Assembly (NCBI GenBank): GCA_041940525.1
Contig: JBGTSB010000003.1
Coordinates: 6,916-70,915 of the forward strand
From: Hyphomicrobium sp.
Lineage (GTDB): Bacteria; Pseudomonadota; Alphaproteobacteria; Rhizobiales; Hyphomicrobiaceae
Direction: 5' to 3'
DNA length: 64,000 nt
The notes under the pieces were generated by a model. The model had not been told where the DNA came from. It saw only the letters and a program-made list of their open reading frames with translations, and ran no database searches. Position numbers and translations under genes: made by a program. Shown here one piece after another: positions 37,068-46,164 of the stretch (position 1 is the stretch's first letter; each line of letters opens with the position of its first letter).

Positions 37068-38048
37068 TCAGTCGTCGCCGCACGGGAATTCAACCGTCAC
37101 GAACGGCGCATCAACCCGGCACATCTTGCGCGACTTAGCCCGGCTGCGGTCTGGCACGCGAACGTAGACGTCGTCTGAAACGTCCACTTCCACTTTGGCT
37201 TCTGCCGTGCGCGTGCGGTCTGCCCGGCCGGGTTCGGATGCCCAAGCGTCAGCCTCTTCCTTCGGGCTGAGCTGCGGACGCTTCGCCAGCCGCGGCTGAG
37301 GCGCGCGCGCTTGCTTTGTCTCTTCCGGCTCGTCCACATCCACATCGCGTTCAGCGACTTCCGGCTTCGGCTCGATCTTCTTCACCGGAACCTGTTCGAT
37401 GGGATCAGAAGCGGCAGCCTTCACCGGCGCCTTGGCCTCGGTAGGTTGAGGGGCCGGAGCTTCTGGCGCTGGCGTCTCTGCCGTTTCAGGTTCAGCAGGC
37501 TTGGGCTCGGCCACGGGCTCGGAAATCTCAGCCTTGGCCAGCTTCGGATTGCGGACTGGGGCAGGAATGTCTTTGGGAAGTTCAGCGACGGCCTTCTTCT
37601 CAACCGCCTTTTCCTTCGGTTTGGCTTTCGCCTCGATCACGTCGCAGCGATCCAGGTTGGCCGGCGCACGCGTCCAAATCATTTCCTTGGAGAAAAGCTT
37701 GGTGCCCATATAGCCAAGAACGACAAGGCGGTTGCGGCCGGAGGGCGTCAGCTCAACGTCAAACTTCTTGCGCTCTTCGGGATTGTAAATCCAGCCGTTG
37801 TCCCAGCTGCGTCCAACCTTGCCGACGCCGCCGATGATCTGCGTGCCACACGCCTTCTGCTTTGCGCGGTCCTTAAGCCAAACCAGCTTTCCGCACAGAC
37901 GGCTGCCACAGCGCGTGATCTCAACGGCACCACGTCCGGTGTGATCGATCCAAACCCCGAGAGGTGAACCGGCGGCTGACGCTGGCAGTGGTGTTGCCGC
38001 CAATGCGGTTACGACACCTGCGATGGCGATTTTTTTTCTGGCCGTCAT
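37068..38048 (-). CDS. DUF2147-like secreted protein with a long Pro/Glu/Ala/Lys-rich C-terminal extension
   Basis: Signal peptide MTARKKIAIAGVVTALAATPLPASA. The DUF2147-like core is GVWIDHTGRGAVEITRCGSRLCGKLVWLKD...WDNGWIYNPEERKKFDVEL. About 200 aa of PEAK-rich tail follow. Confidence 0.7.
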   Translation of the reverse strand: MTARKKIAIAGVVTALAATPLPASAAGSPLGVWIDHTGRGAVEITRCGSRLCGKLVWLKDRAKQKACGTQIIGGVGKVGRSWDNGWIYNPEERKKFDVELTPSGRNRLVVLGYMGTKLFSKEMIWTRAPANLDRCDVIEAKAKPKEKAVEKKAVAELPKDIPAPVRNPKLAKAEISEPVAEPKPAEPETAETPAPEAPAPQPTEAKAPVKAAASDPIEQVPVKKIEPKPEVAERDVDVDEPEETKQARAPQPRLAKRPQLSPKEEADAWASEPGRADRTRTAEAKVEVDVSDDVYVRVPDRSRAKSRKMCRVDAPFVTVEFPCGDD

Positions 38049-38424
38049 CACAATACCTCGCTTGAACTTTTCTAGGACCGGCGGACGAACACATGATCCT
38101 AACTCTGGGTATGACTCTGGAGTCTTAAAACGGCGTTTTAAGACAAGCGCCGGCGCGTACCATCGTCGCAGCCAACACCCTACAACGTCATTCAACACAG
38201 TAAGTTTTCGTAAATGTGGAAGATGACGGGATTTTCTTCGTAAACATTGCGCACACTGTTCAATCTCCCACGCTCCTGGATACGAATCCTGACAACGGTG
38301 AGAGACGGCGGCCAAAGTTTCCGTATACGTCTATTTTTGCAGGTGGCTGGTCGAACCTGCAAAACGAACAAACCATAGCAATATCAATGCTTGACGCGGG
38401 CGAGTTCAATCCTAAGGATGTATA

Positions 38425-38443
38425 AGGATCACTTAGTGATCCT
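38425..38443. promoter_or_regulatory. Perfect 9-bp-arm palindrome upstream of the IS630-like fragment
   Basis: AGGATCACT T AGTGATCCT lies 30 nt upstream of ATG 38473. It is preceded by the direct repeat TAAGGAT (38413-38419 and 38422-38428). It could be an operator or a relic of a terminal inverted repeat. Confidence 0.3.
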
Positions 38444-38472
38444 ATCAGATCATCTAATCCAAGAGTGCCCTC

Positions 38473-39027
38473 ATGCCCGCACCGATTGAGCTGAGGCGGG
38501 ACTACACCGCCCAGCAGTTGCGCGACTATGCAGCAGCCATTGAAGACGAATCCCACGCCAGACGCTTGCTGGCGATCGCAGCGATCCTAGAAGGTCGAAG
38601 TCGGACAAGAGCCGCCGAGATCGGTGGAATGGAACGCCAGACGCTCCGCGATTGGGTTCATCGCTTCAACGAGTCTGGCCCAGACGGCCTAAAAAGCATG
38701 CGCTCTCCCGGCCGCCCGCCCAAGCTTGACGACAAGCAGCGCAAACAACTGGCGCACCTGATCGGCAGCAAGCACGCGCCGGAGTTGAACCCCCGCTGGC
38801 GCCTGGCCGATGTTGCGCGGCTTGTGCGTGATGAGTTCGGAGTGGACCTGGACGAGGTCAGCGTCGGCCGTTTGATGCGCAGCTTTGGGTACACCTATAC
38901 CGGCACGCGCTGGAGCAAAGACGACAGCGCAGACGACGACGGCGGAGATGGACCTAGTTTGAGCTTAATAATTGCGAGCTTTTCGCGCGCGGCCGCCATG
39001 CCTGTGGCGCACATGACGACCTGCTAA
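38473..39027 (+). pseudogene. IS630-family transposase N-terminal (HTH) fragment lacking the DDE domain
   Basis: ARRLLAIAAILEGRSRTRAAEIGGMERQTLRDWVHRFNESGPDGLKSMRSPGRPPKLDDKQRKQL...RWRLADVARLVRDEFGVDLDEVSVGRLMRSFGY matches the N-terminal DNA-binding half of IS630-type transposases. The sequence then degenerates and stops, with no DDE region downstream. Confidence 0.6.
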
Positions 39028-39063
39028 TCTTGTGCCGACAGCGGACAATCCTAATATCAGGGT

Positions 39064-39639
39064 ATGCTAAGACAGCACATGCCCACGGGGGCTACCCACG
39101 AAAAATGGGGCTCCGTCAATGTCTCCCGATTTCCAGCGCATCTCCTTGGCCGGCTGGATGAAGCGCTCAGCTACTTGAAGCAATCGCCAACTTTCCTGGC
39201 GTGTATGGCGCAAGTGAATGCCCGGGGCATCCCGATCTTCCTTGAACACCACCAAGCCAACACTCGCTTTTATCATCGCGACCCGCAAAACCTGCGCATC
39301 GAATGGGCACCCAACCTTGGGCTGGCGGACATGACTGGTTATCTGACACCCGCTGTTTTGTTGGCCCATGAATTCGCCCACGCGCGCTATACGCCGGAAC
39401 AGCGCGAAACCATGCTGGCTCAGCCTCGGCCGCGCGGATTCGACTGCGCGGAGTATGGCGTTGAAGAAGCTTGTGTGATCCGGGAGGTCGAAGGTCCGGT
39501 CTGTGCTGAACTCAATGAGGCCCGAAAAGACCAAGGCCTGGAGCCGCTGGAAACCGCAACGCGCTTCCAGTATCGCATCGGTCGCCTGATCGAAGTCGCT
39601 GGTCCAGTCGCCCCTCATCCGGGCTTCTGGCCGAATTAA
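39064..39639 (+). CDS. Hypothetical protein with an HExxH zinc-metallopeptidase-like motif
   Basis: 191-aa ORF containing AVLLAHEFAHARYTPEQ. There is no signal peptide. I do not recognise the family and the start is uncertain. Confidence 0.45.
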   Translation: MLRQHMPTGATHEKWGSVNVSRFPAHLLGRLDEALSYLKQSPTFLACMAQVNARGIPIFLEHHQANTRFYHRDPQNLRIEWAPNLGLADMTGYLTPAVLLAHEFAHARYTPEQRETMLAQPRPRGFDCAEYGVEEACVIREVEGPVCAELNEARKDQGLEPLETATRFQYRIGRLIEVAGPVAPHPGFWPN

Positions 39640-39718
39640 CTTTCAGCGGCCGGGGCGCACAACCGCGTCAAACGATTTCGTTGACGTGGAGCAGCCATTG
39701 CCCGTACGGTCCGCCACC

Positions 39719-40132
39719 ATGACTTGGCTTCGCAAAAACCGCCGGCGGCTATCGCTCTTCAGCGCGCTTGTTCTCGCGCTGCAGACGCTTGCCATTTTGG
39801 GCTCTGCGCAGGCCCAAGCCGCCGCAACCTCTGCGGACGGTTCGAACCTTGTCACGATCTGTACGGCCCAAGGGCTCAAGGTTTTGGACTTGAATGCGCC
39901 GGACGGTGAGCCCATGCCGGTCGACAGCCCAAACACGTGTCCGCTCTGCATTATCGGAGGCTGTCATCACGGCCCTGCCCAGGTCCTAGGTCTCACTCGC
40001 CTTCCAGCGGTGCTGATCGTCTATGAGCCGGTGCAGCTCGAACAGCCCTCCTTTGTGGAGCGGGATGAACAGCCCCGCCCGCATCAGTCCCATCGCAACC
40101 CCAGCCCCCGTGGTCCTCCAGCGCAGGTGTAG
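39719..40132 (+). CDS. DUF2946-like small secreted protein (CxxC-type motif CPLC)
   Basis: MTWLRKNRRRLSLFSALVLALQTLAILGSAQA is the signal peptide, and NTCPLCIIGGCHHG follows. It sits directly upstream of a TonB-dependent receptor, as is typical for DUF2946. Confidence 0.6.
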   Translation: MTWLRKNRRRLSLFSALVLALQTLAILGSAQAQAAATSADGSNLVTICTAQGLKVLDLNAPDGEPMPVDSPNTCPLCIIGGCHHGPAQVLGLTRLPAVLIVYEPVQLEQPSFVERDEQPRPHQSHRNPSPRGPPAQV

Positions 40133-40196
40133 TCCACTTGCCGTTGGGCCGCGCAGCGGCCTTGAAGACCTAGTCTAACTTCGCCCTGGGGGGCCT

Positions 40197-42428
40197 ATGT
40201 CCACACGTTCCAAATTCGTGCGAGTCACGAGCCATGCTGTTGCATCGATTGCTTTGGCGGCAAGCGCTGCGGCGCAATCCGCAACTGAGCTGCCAGCCGT
40301 TGAAGTCTCGACATCACAAGTTAAGAAGAAGCAAGCCGTCGCCAAGAAGCAACCATCTGCGCCACAAGCGGCCGCGCAACCTGTCGAGCCAGCCTTCCAG
40401 CCATCTGAGACGCCAAACGGTTCACCAGCACAAAGGTCTGGCGCGCTCACAGTGCCGAACACCGGTGAAGCCCGCGCCGAGATCCAGCGGACGCCGGGAG
40501 CCGTCTCACTTGTTCCGGCTGAAACTTACAAAACCTCTACACCTGCTGTGACGCTGAAGGACGCATTGGACTTCACGCCCGGCGTGTTCGTGCAGCCGAA
40601 GTGGGGCGAAGACACCAGGCTCTCTATCCGTGGCTCCGGCCTGTCGCGCAACTTCCACGGCCGCGGCGTCCAATTGTTGATGGATGGCGTGATCCCGATC
40701 ACCACCGCTGACGGCGGCAGCGATTTCCAGGAAATCGATCCCACGGCGTACCGCTATTTGGAAGTCTTCAAGGGCGGCAACGCGTTGCGCTATGGTGCCA
40801 ATCAGTTGGGCGGCGCTATCAACTTCGTGATGCCCACGGGCTATGACTCCGAAGCATTCGGTGCGCGCTTGGACATCGGCAGCTTCGGCTTCCGCAAAAC
40901 TACAGTTAGCTCCGGCGGCGTCTTCGGCGCGGCGGACTATTTCATCACTGGCACCTGGCAGGAGCAGGACGGCTTCCGCGATCACTCGTCCGGCGAAAGC
41001 GTCCGCGGGGCCATGAACATCGGATACAAACTCTCCCGCAACGTCGAAACGCGATTCTACCTCAACGCCAACGACATCCAGCAGGACATCCCAGGATCTG
41101 TCACCAAACAGCAGGCGCTCAACGATCCGAAGGGGGCGTTCGTTTTGCCCGGCGAGCCGTTTGTCGGCCCATTCTTCCCCCAGAGTATCGGTAACGACAA
41201 CGTTGACCGCGACTACGAACGCAACATCGAAAGCATCCGCGTCGCCAATAAGACCGCTGTACGCCTCAGCCAAGGCACGCTTCTCGAAACAGGCGGCTTT
41301 TTCCTCGACAAGGAGCTGGACCATCCGATCCTGTTCGTGATCGACAATCGTACGCGCGACTACGGCGGCTTCGCTCGCGTTACCAACGATGCGACAATCG
41401 GCGGTCACCGCAACCAGTTCGTCGCGGGCGTAACCGTCCATAACGGCGAAACGCGATCGAAGTTCTATCGGAATATCCTGGGCGAGCGCGGCGACCTGTT
41501 CTCGGACAAAGATCAAATCTCCAAGAACACAGTCGTCTATGCCGAGAACTCATTCTTCGCGCTGCCTTCCCTCGCGCTCGTTGCAGGCATCCAATATGTG
41601 GACGCCTCTCGCGAGTCGGAAGACCGGCTGGGTGCTGCTTCGGGCAAAGCCGATTTCAGCTTCTGGAACCCAAAAGCCGGGATCGTCTGGGACGTGACGC
41701 AAACCTCTCAAGTGTTCGCCAATGTCTCCAAGAGCGGCGAAGCACCGACGTTCTCAGAGATCACGATCAATCCCACGGCCACAACCAGCCTCAAGCCGCA
41801 GGAGGCCGTGACCTACGAGATTGGCACGCGCGGCCGTTCGGAAAACTTCAACTACGAGATTGCTCTCTATCGCTCAAACTTGGACAACGAGTTCCAATGC
41901 CTCAATGTTGGTCAGAGCCTTTGCCAGCAGGCCAACGCTGATAAGACAATCCATCAAGGCGTGGAGTTCGGCGTTGGTGCTGCCGTGTGGCAAGGCCTAT
42001 TCGAACGTGATGCCACACCCGACAAACTCTGGCTCAACCTGGCCTATACCTTCAGCGACTTCCGCTTCGACGACGACGCCCAGTTCGGCGGCAACGAGCT
42101 GCCGGGCGCCCCGCGCCACTACCTGCGCGCCGAGCTGCTCTACAAGCATCCATCGGGCGTCTTCGCTGGCCCGAATGTTGAGTGGGTTCCACAGGCCTAC
42201 TACGTCGACAACGCCAACACCCTTGAGACGGACGCCTACGCGCTGCTAGGCGCAAAGATCGGTTACGAGGGTGAGCAATTCACGGCCTACATCGAAGGCC
42301 GGAACTTGACGGACGAAACCTACATCTCCTCGGTCAGCATCGCGGGCGACGCGAACGGCGCTGATGGAAACTTCTTCGAGCCGGGCACGGGGCGCGCCGT
42401 GTATGGCGGCGTCAGCATGAAATGGTGA
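40197..42428 (+). CDS. TonB-dependent receptor (context suggests copper uptake, OprC/NosA-like)
   Basis: Signal peptide, a plug region (GVFVQPKWGEDTRLSIRGSGLSRNFHGRGVQLLMDGVP), a barrel, and the C-terminus AVYGGVSMKW. It is flanked by DUF2946 and YcnI/PCuAC genes. Confidence 0.85.
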   Translation: MSTRSKFVRVTSHAVASIALAASAAAQSATELPAVEVSTSQVKKKQAVAKKQPSAPQAAAQPVEPAFQPSETPNGSPAQRSGALTVPNTGEARAEIQRTPGAVSLVPAETYKTSTPAVTLKDALDFTPGVFVQPKWGEDTRLSIRGSGLSRNFHGRGVQLLMDGVIPITTADGGSDFQEIDPTAYRYLEVFKGGNALRYGANQLGGAINFVMPTGYDSEAFGARLDIGSFGFRKTTVSSGGVFGAADYFITGTWQEQDGFRDHSSGESVRGAMNIGYKLSRNVETRFYLNANDIQQDIPGSVTKQQALNDPKGAFVLPGEPFVGPFFPQSIGNDNVDRDYERNIESIRVANKTAVRLSQGTLLETGGFFLDKELDHPILFVIDNRTRDYGGFARVTNDATIGGHRNQFVAGVTVHNGETRSKFYRNILGERGDLFSDKDQISKNTVVYAENSFFALPSLALVAGIQYVDASRESEDRLGAASGKADFSFWNPKAGIVWDVTQTSQVFANVSKSGEAPTFSEITINPTATTSLKPQEAVTYEIGTRGRSENFNYEIALYRSNLDNEFQCLNVGQSLCQQANADKTIHQGVEFGVGAAVWQGLFERDATPDKLWLNLAYTFSDFRFDDDAQFGGNELPGAPRHYLRAELLYKHPSGVFAGPNVEWVPQAYYVDNANTLETDAYALLGAKIGYEGEQFTAYIEGRNLTDETYISSVSIAGDANGADGNFFEPGTGRAVYGGVSMKW

Positions 42429-43429
42429 GAAAGATGAAAAATCAGAATCCAGAAAAATTCATTGGAGTTCTAACAGCCGTTGGCTTGACGCTTTTCGCTG
42501 GCGCGACGCTGGCGCGCGCCCATGCAGGCCTCGAGCAGAAGCAAGCTCCGGTGGGAACCGGCTATAAGATTGTCGTGAAAATCCCCCATGGATGCGAAGG
42601 CTCGGCTACGACTGCTGTTCACGTGTCGATCCCTGAAGGCGTCATCGGCGTAAAACCGATGCCCAAGCCAGGTTGGCAGCTCAGCGTCGAACGTGGCGCC
42701 TATGAACGGGCGTATCAGTTCTATCATGGCGATTTGAAAGAGGGCGTCCGCCAGGTCTCATGGAGCGGCGGCAACCTGCCAGATGCGTTCTACGATGAGT
42801 TTGTGATGTCGAGCTTCGTTGCCCGCGAACTGGAACCTGGACAAACGCTCCACTTTCCAGTGACGCAAACGTGCGAGAAGGGACAAATCGCCTGGGATCA
42901 GATCCCGCAGCAGGGACAAGATCCCCACGCCCTGGAACGCCCAGCCCCTGGCCTGATGCTTGTTGCCGCCGAAAACTCTGGGCACCACAAGCACCACCAC
43001 GGCAAGGCCTCGGGTGCCAGCACCATCGAAATCGAAAAACCATGGACACGCGCGACTCCTGCGGCCGCCACAGTCGCAGCAGGTTATGTCACGCTGAAAA
43101 ATGTCGGCAAGGAAGCCGACAAGCTGATCGGTGGCAGCGTCGAAGGCGCGGCGTCGGTCGAAGTCCACACCATGAGCAACGACAACGGCGTCATGAAAAT
43201 GCGCCACCTGGAGGCCGGATTGGAACTGCCACCCGGCGAGACGGTAACGCTCAAGCCCGGCGGGCTGCACCTCATGATGATGGGATTGAACGCGCCGTTC
43301 CAAGAGGGCGGCACCTTGAAAGGCAAGCTCAAGTTCGAAAAGGCTGGCGATGTGGATGTCGAATTCGCGGTGCAGCCAATCGGATCAAGCGGCCCAGAAG
43401 ATAGCCACGATCACCATTCGCACCATTAG
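42422..43429 (+). CDS. Fusion protein: YcnI-like DUF1775 domain plus PCu(A)C copper chaperone domain
   Basis: The N-terminal half is HAGLEQKQAPVGTGYKIVVKIPHGCEGSATTAVHVSIPEGVIGVKPMPKPGW (DUF1775). The linker is His-rich (GHHKHHHG). The C-terminal half carries the HTMSNDNGVMKMRH...GGLHLMMMGL PCuAC Met/His motif and ends EDSHDHHSHH. The start overlaps the receptor stop. Confidence 0.8.
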   Translation: MVRKMKNQNPEKFIGVLTAVGLTLFAGATLARAHAGLEQKQAPVGTGYKIVVKIPHGCEGSATTAVHVSIPEGVIGVKPMPKPGWQLSVERGAYERAYQFYHGDLKEGVRQVSWSGGNLPDAFYDEFVMSSFVARELEPGQTLHFPVTQTCEKGQIAWDQIPQQGQDPHALERPAPGLMLVAAENSGHHKHHHGKASGASTIEIEKPWTRATPAAATVAAGYVTLKNVGKEADKLIGGSVEGAASVEVHTMSNDNGVMKMRHLEAGLELPPGETVTLKPGGLHLMMMGLNAPFQEGGTLKGKLKFEKAGDVDVEFAVQPIGSSGPEDSHDHHSHH

Positions 43430-43437
43430 TCTGAATT

Positions 43438-43481
43438 TCCGGGCCCTGCGCGGCAACTGGCCGGTTGCCAACGGGCCCGGA
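43438..43481 (+). terminator. Nested stem-loop downstream of the YcnI-PCuAC gene (terminator candidate)
   Basis: TCCGGGCCC (43438-43446) pairs with GGGCCCGGA (43473-43481) and encloses the inner hairpin GGCAAC/GTTGCC. There is no clear U tract. Confidence 0.4.
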
Positions 43482-43559
43482 TTAAACTAGAGCCGCATAG
43501 TAGGAATTACTCCAGTAGATTATTGGCTCAGCGGCGGCCGCCTCGACTGCGCGGAAGTC

Positions 43560-43575
43560 TGACATCTTGACATCT
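43560..43575 (+). promoter_or_regulatory. Tandem 8-nt direct repeat TGACATCT x2 in the exbB upstream region
   Basis: TGACATCTTGACATCT lies 56 nt upstream of the exbB ATG and contains a TTGACA hexamer. It is a possible -35 element or regulator site. Confidence 0.2.
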
Positions 43576-43630
43576 ACAGTAATGTATAGGCGAACTCCCG
43601 GCTCAACAATTCGCAGGCTGAAGTAGGCTT

Positions 43631-44758
43631 ATGACTGAGAAATCAAGCATCAATACCATCCGTCGGGCTCTGTCGTGGGTGCTGGCCTCAAGTCTGATCG
43701 CTGTTGCGGTCTTGCCTGCCGCCGTGTCAGCGCAAGATGTGGTTAACCCGTCAACAACGGACACCGCAGCACCAGAGCCCACCAACCCAGCGTCCAGTAC
43801 GGCCGCTCCATCCGGAACTACGGCAACGGAGCCGACTGCAGAGCCAGACGCGGCTGCCGCCACGAATGGTTCGGACCAATCCGAAACCCCAGCTACGCGG
43901 TCTGCGGCACAGCCGGAGGCTCAACCTGCTGCCGGTACGATCCCCGTTGAAGATCTGCCACTCGACGGGTTGGAGGGTGTCGGCGAAACAGCTCCTCCTG
44001 CTGAAGCAGCAAGCGAGGAAGGAGCCGCGGGAACAAGCGAAACCGCGAGTGCGAATTCAAGCCTGCCGCATGACTTGTCACCCTGGGGCATGTACATGCA
44101 GGCGGACATCGTCGTGAAGGCCGTCATGATTGGTTTGGCCTTCGCCTCGGTCATCACCTGGACAGTGTGGCTGGCCAAATCTGTAGAGCTGTTCTCTGCT
44201 CGCTCGAGCGTGACACGGGGACTACGCGCCATCTCCAGCCAAAGCACGCTCGCTGGTGCTGCTCAGGCACTCGGAAACCGTAAGGGGATCGTGCGGGCGT
44301 TCATCGACGTGGCGGCCTTGGAACTGCGCATGTCTACGGAGACGCCTGACAAGGCCGGCATCAAGGAACGTGTCGCCTCCAGGTTAGAGCGCGTTGAAAG
44401 CGCCGCTGTGCGCAAGATGAACCGAGGCACTGGCGTGCTTGCCACGATTGGCTCGACAGCTCCGTTCGTCGGCCTGTTCGGTACCGTCTGGGGCATCATG
44501 AACAGCTTCATCGGTATCTCGAAATCGCAAACGACGAACCTGGCGGTCGTTGCGCCGGGCATCGCCGAAGCCTTGCTCGCAACGGCGATCGGTCTCGTCG
44601 CGGCCATTCCAGCTGTCATCATCTACAACTGGTTCTCGCGCGGCATCGGCGTATACCGCGCACACGCAGGCGACGCGTCAGCCGAAGTGATGCGTCTCGT
44701 GTCCCGGGATCTTGACCGCGTTGACAACGCCCATCGTCACGCATACGCGGCGGAGTAA
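43631..44758 (+). CDS. exbB: TonB-system energizer ExbB (long form with an N-terminal periplasmic extension)
   Basis: The C-terminal MotA/TolQ/ExbB channel core is LATIGSTAPFVGLFGTVWGIMNSFIGI...APGIAEALLATAIGLVAAIPAVIIYN. The N-terminal ~150 aa are a signal peptide plus a Pro/Ala/Thr/Glu-rich region. Confidence 0.85.
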   Translation: MTEKSSINTIRRALSWVLASSLIAVAVLPAAVSAQDVVNPSTTDTAAPEPTNPASSTAAPSGTTATEPTAEPDAAAATNGSDQSETPATRSAAQPEAQPAAGTIPVEDLPLDGLEGVGETAPPAEAASEEGAAGTSETASANSSLPHDLSPWGMYMQADIVVKAVMIGLAFASVITWTVWLAKSVELFSARSSVTRGLRAISSQSTLAGAAQALGNRKGIVRAFIDVAALELRMSTETPDKAGIKERVASRLERVESAAVRKMNRGTGVLATIGSTAPFVGLFGTVWGIMNSFIGISKSQTTNLAVVAPGIAEALLATAIGLVAAIPAVIIYNWFSRGIGVYRAHAGDASAEVMRLVSRDLDRVDNAHRHAYAAE

Positions 44759-44763
44759 ACGCA

Positions 44764-45228
44764 ATGGCTGGCGGACTGCATAACGGCGGCGACGATCTCG
44801 ACGAACAACACGAGATAAACGTCACTCCCTTCATCGACGTGATGCTCGTCCTGTTGATTATCTTCATGGTGGCAGCCCCTCTGTCGACCGTCGATATCGC
44901 AGTCGACCTTCCTGTCTCGAACGCCAAGGCCAAGCCACGGCCCGACAAGCCGCTCTACCTGACAATCAAGGCCGACCGGTCTCTTGCGGTTGGCAACGAT
45001 GCCATTTCGCGTCAGCAGCTGGCCAATGGGCTAGACGCACATACCGAAGGCGATCGCAACAAGCGCATTTTCCTGCGTGCGGATAAAACGATCCCATACG
45101 GCGAGTTGATGCGCGTGATGAATCTGCTGCGCCGCGCCGGATATCTTAAGATCGCGCTCGTCGGCCTTGAAGGCATCGGCGATCCGAAAGCGCCACCGGT
45201 CGCCACCACCGGAACAGCGGGGCCGTAA
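44764..45228 (+). CDS. exbD: TonB-system transport protein ExbD
   Basis: EINVTPFIDVMLVLLIIFMVAAPL...LPVSNA...IFLRADKTIPYGELMRVMNLLRRAGY. Confidence 0.9.
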   Translation: MAGGLHNGGDDLDEQHEINVTPFIDVMLVLLIIFMVAAPLSTVDIAVDLPVSNAKAKPRPDKPLYLTIKADRSLAVGNDAISRQQLANGLDAHTEGDRNKRIFLRADKTIPYGELMRVMNLLRRAGYLKIALVGLEGIGDPKAPPVATTGTAGP

Positions 45229-45245
45229 GGGCGGGGCCGAATAGA

Positions 45246-46061
45246 ATGCTCGCTTCCGATGTCTTGAACACGAACAGAGACAATTGGCTCTTATGGGCCG
45301 GCTCCGGCCTGCTTGTTGTGATGCTGCATGTTGGTGGCGCCTTTTTTGATTGGAGCGAAGAAGAAGAAGTCTTCGATGACGAGGTCGCCGGCGCGATTGT
45401 CATGGAACTGGCGCCAATCACGACGACGCAGCGCGTCAAGACGCCGGATGCTGCGCTCGGACCGCAGTCAGAGGAGTCTGTCGCAACGCCGCCTGCGACT
45501 GAAAAACAAGAAGAGACGCGCCAGCTTGACATCCCTCAGTTCGAGCAGTCGCCATTAGCGCCTGATCCGGAAGTCGCGCTGCCGGTTGCTAAGCCAGTTG
45601 AAGAAGTGCCGGACGAAGAAAAGCCGGAAGAACTGGAAGAGGTGCAGCCAGAGAACTTGGCCATGGAGCAAGCTGCATCGTCCATGGCGATGTCGCCACA
45701 ACAGATCGAGGCAGAGCAAGCGCCCGTCGTCAAAGCTAAGACCCTTGGCGAAGGCAAGAAGAATTCCAAGGCGATCCTGACCTATCAACGCCAGTTAATC
45801 GTCCATCAGAAGAAGTTTCGCCGCTACCCATCGAAAGCACGCCGGCGCGGCCAACAAGGCACCGCCAAAGTTGAGTTCTCTATCGACCGCTCCGGCAAGG
45901 TCATAGGCAAGAAACTCATTGGATCATCGGGATACCCCATCTTGGATGAGGCGGCGCTCGCGGCTGTGGATCGCGCCAGTCCCTATCCTGCTCCTCCCGT
46001 TGAAGTCTCCGGAGAAGTTCTCCATTACGCCGTTCCCATCCAATTCAAGATCAAGCGTTAA
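45246..46061 (+). CDS. tonB: Energy transducer TonB
   Basis: N-terminal TM anchor, a Pro/Glu-rich spacer, and the C-terminal TonB domain (YPSKARRRGQQGTAKVEFSIDRSGKVIGKKLIGSSGYPILDEAALAAV...PPP). Confidence 0.8.
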   Translation: MLASDVLNTNRDNWLLWAGSGLLVVMLHVGGAFFDWSEEEEVFDDEVAGAIVMELAPITTTQRVKTPDAALGPQSEESVATPPATEKQEETRQLDIPQFEQSPLAPDPEVALPVAKPVEEVPDEEKPEELEEVQPENLAMEQAASSMAMSPQQIEAEQAPVVKAKTLGEGKKNSKAILTYQRQLIVHQKKFRRYPSKARRRGQQGTAKVEFSIDRSGKVIGKKLIGSSGYPILDEAALAAVDRASPYPAPPVEVSGEVLHYAVPIQFKIKR

Positions 46062-46164
46062 CCTGACGGTTTGTTGATCAGACACCATCAGCATGGCCTT
46101 CCCACACCCTTTCAAAACCGGTATGTAATAAAGTTACAGAGTTAAGGTTTAAGGGTCCGATACA

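Noticed and set aside
40506-41516. 336-aa minus-strand ORF inside the second TonB-dependent receptor.
   Set aside because: It is a shadow ORF. The receptor frame has plug, barrel and C-terminal aromatic signatures.
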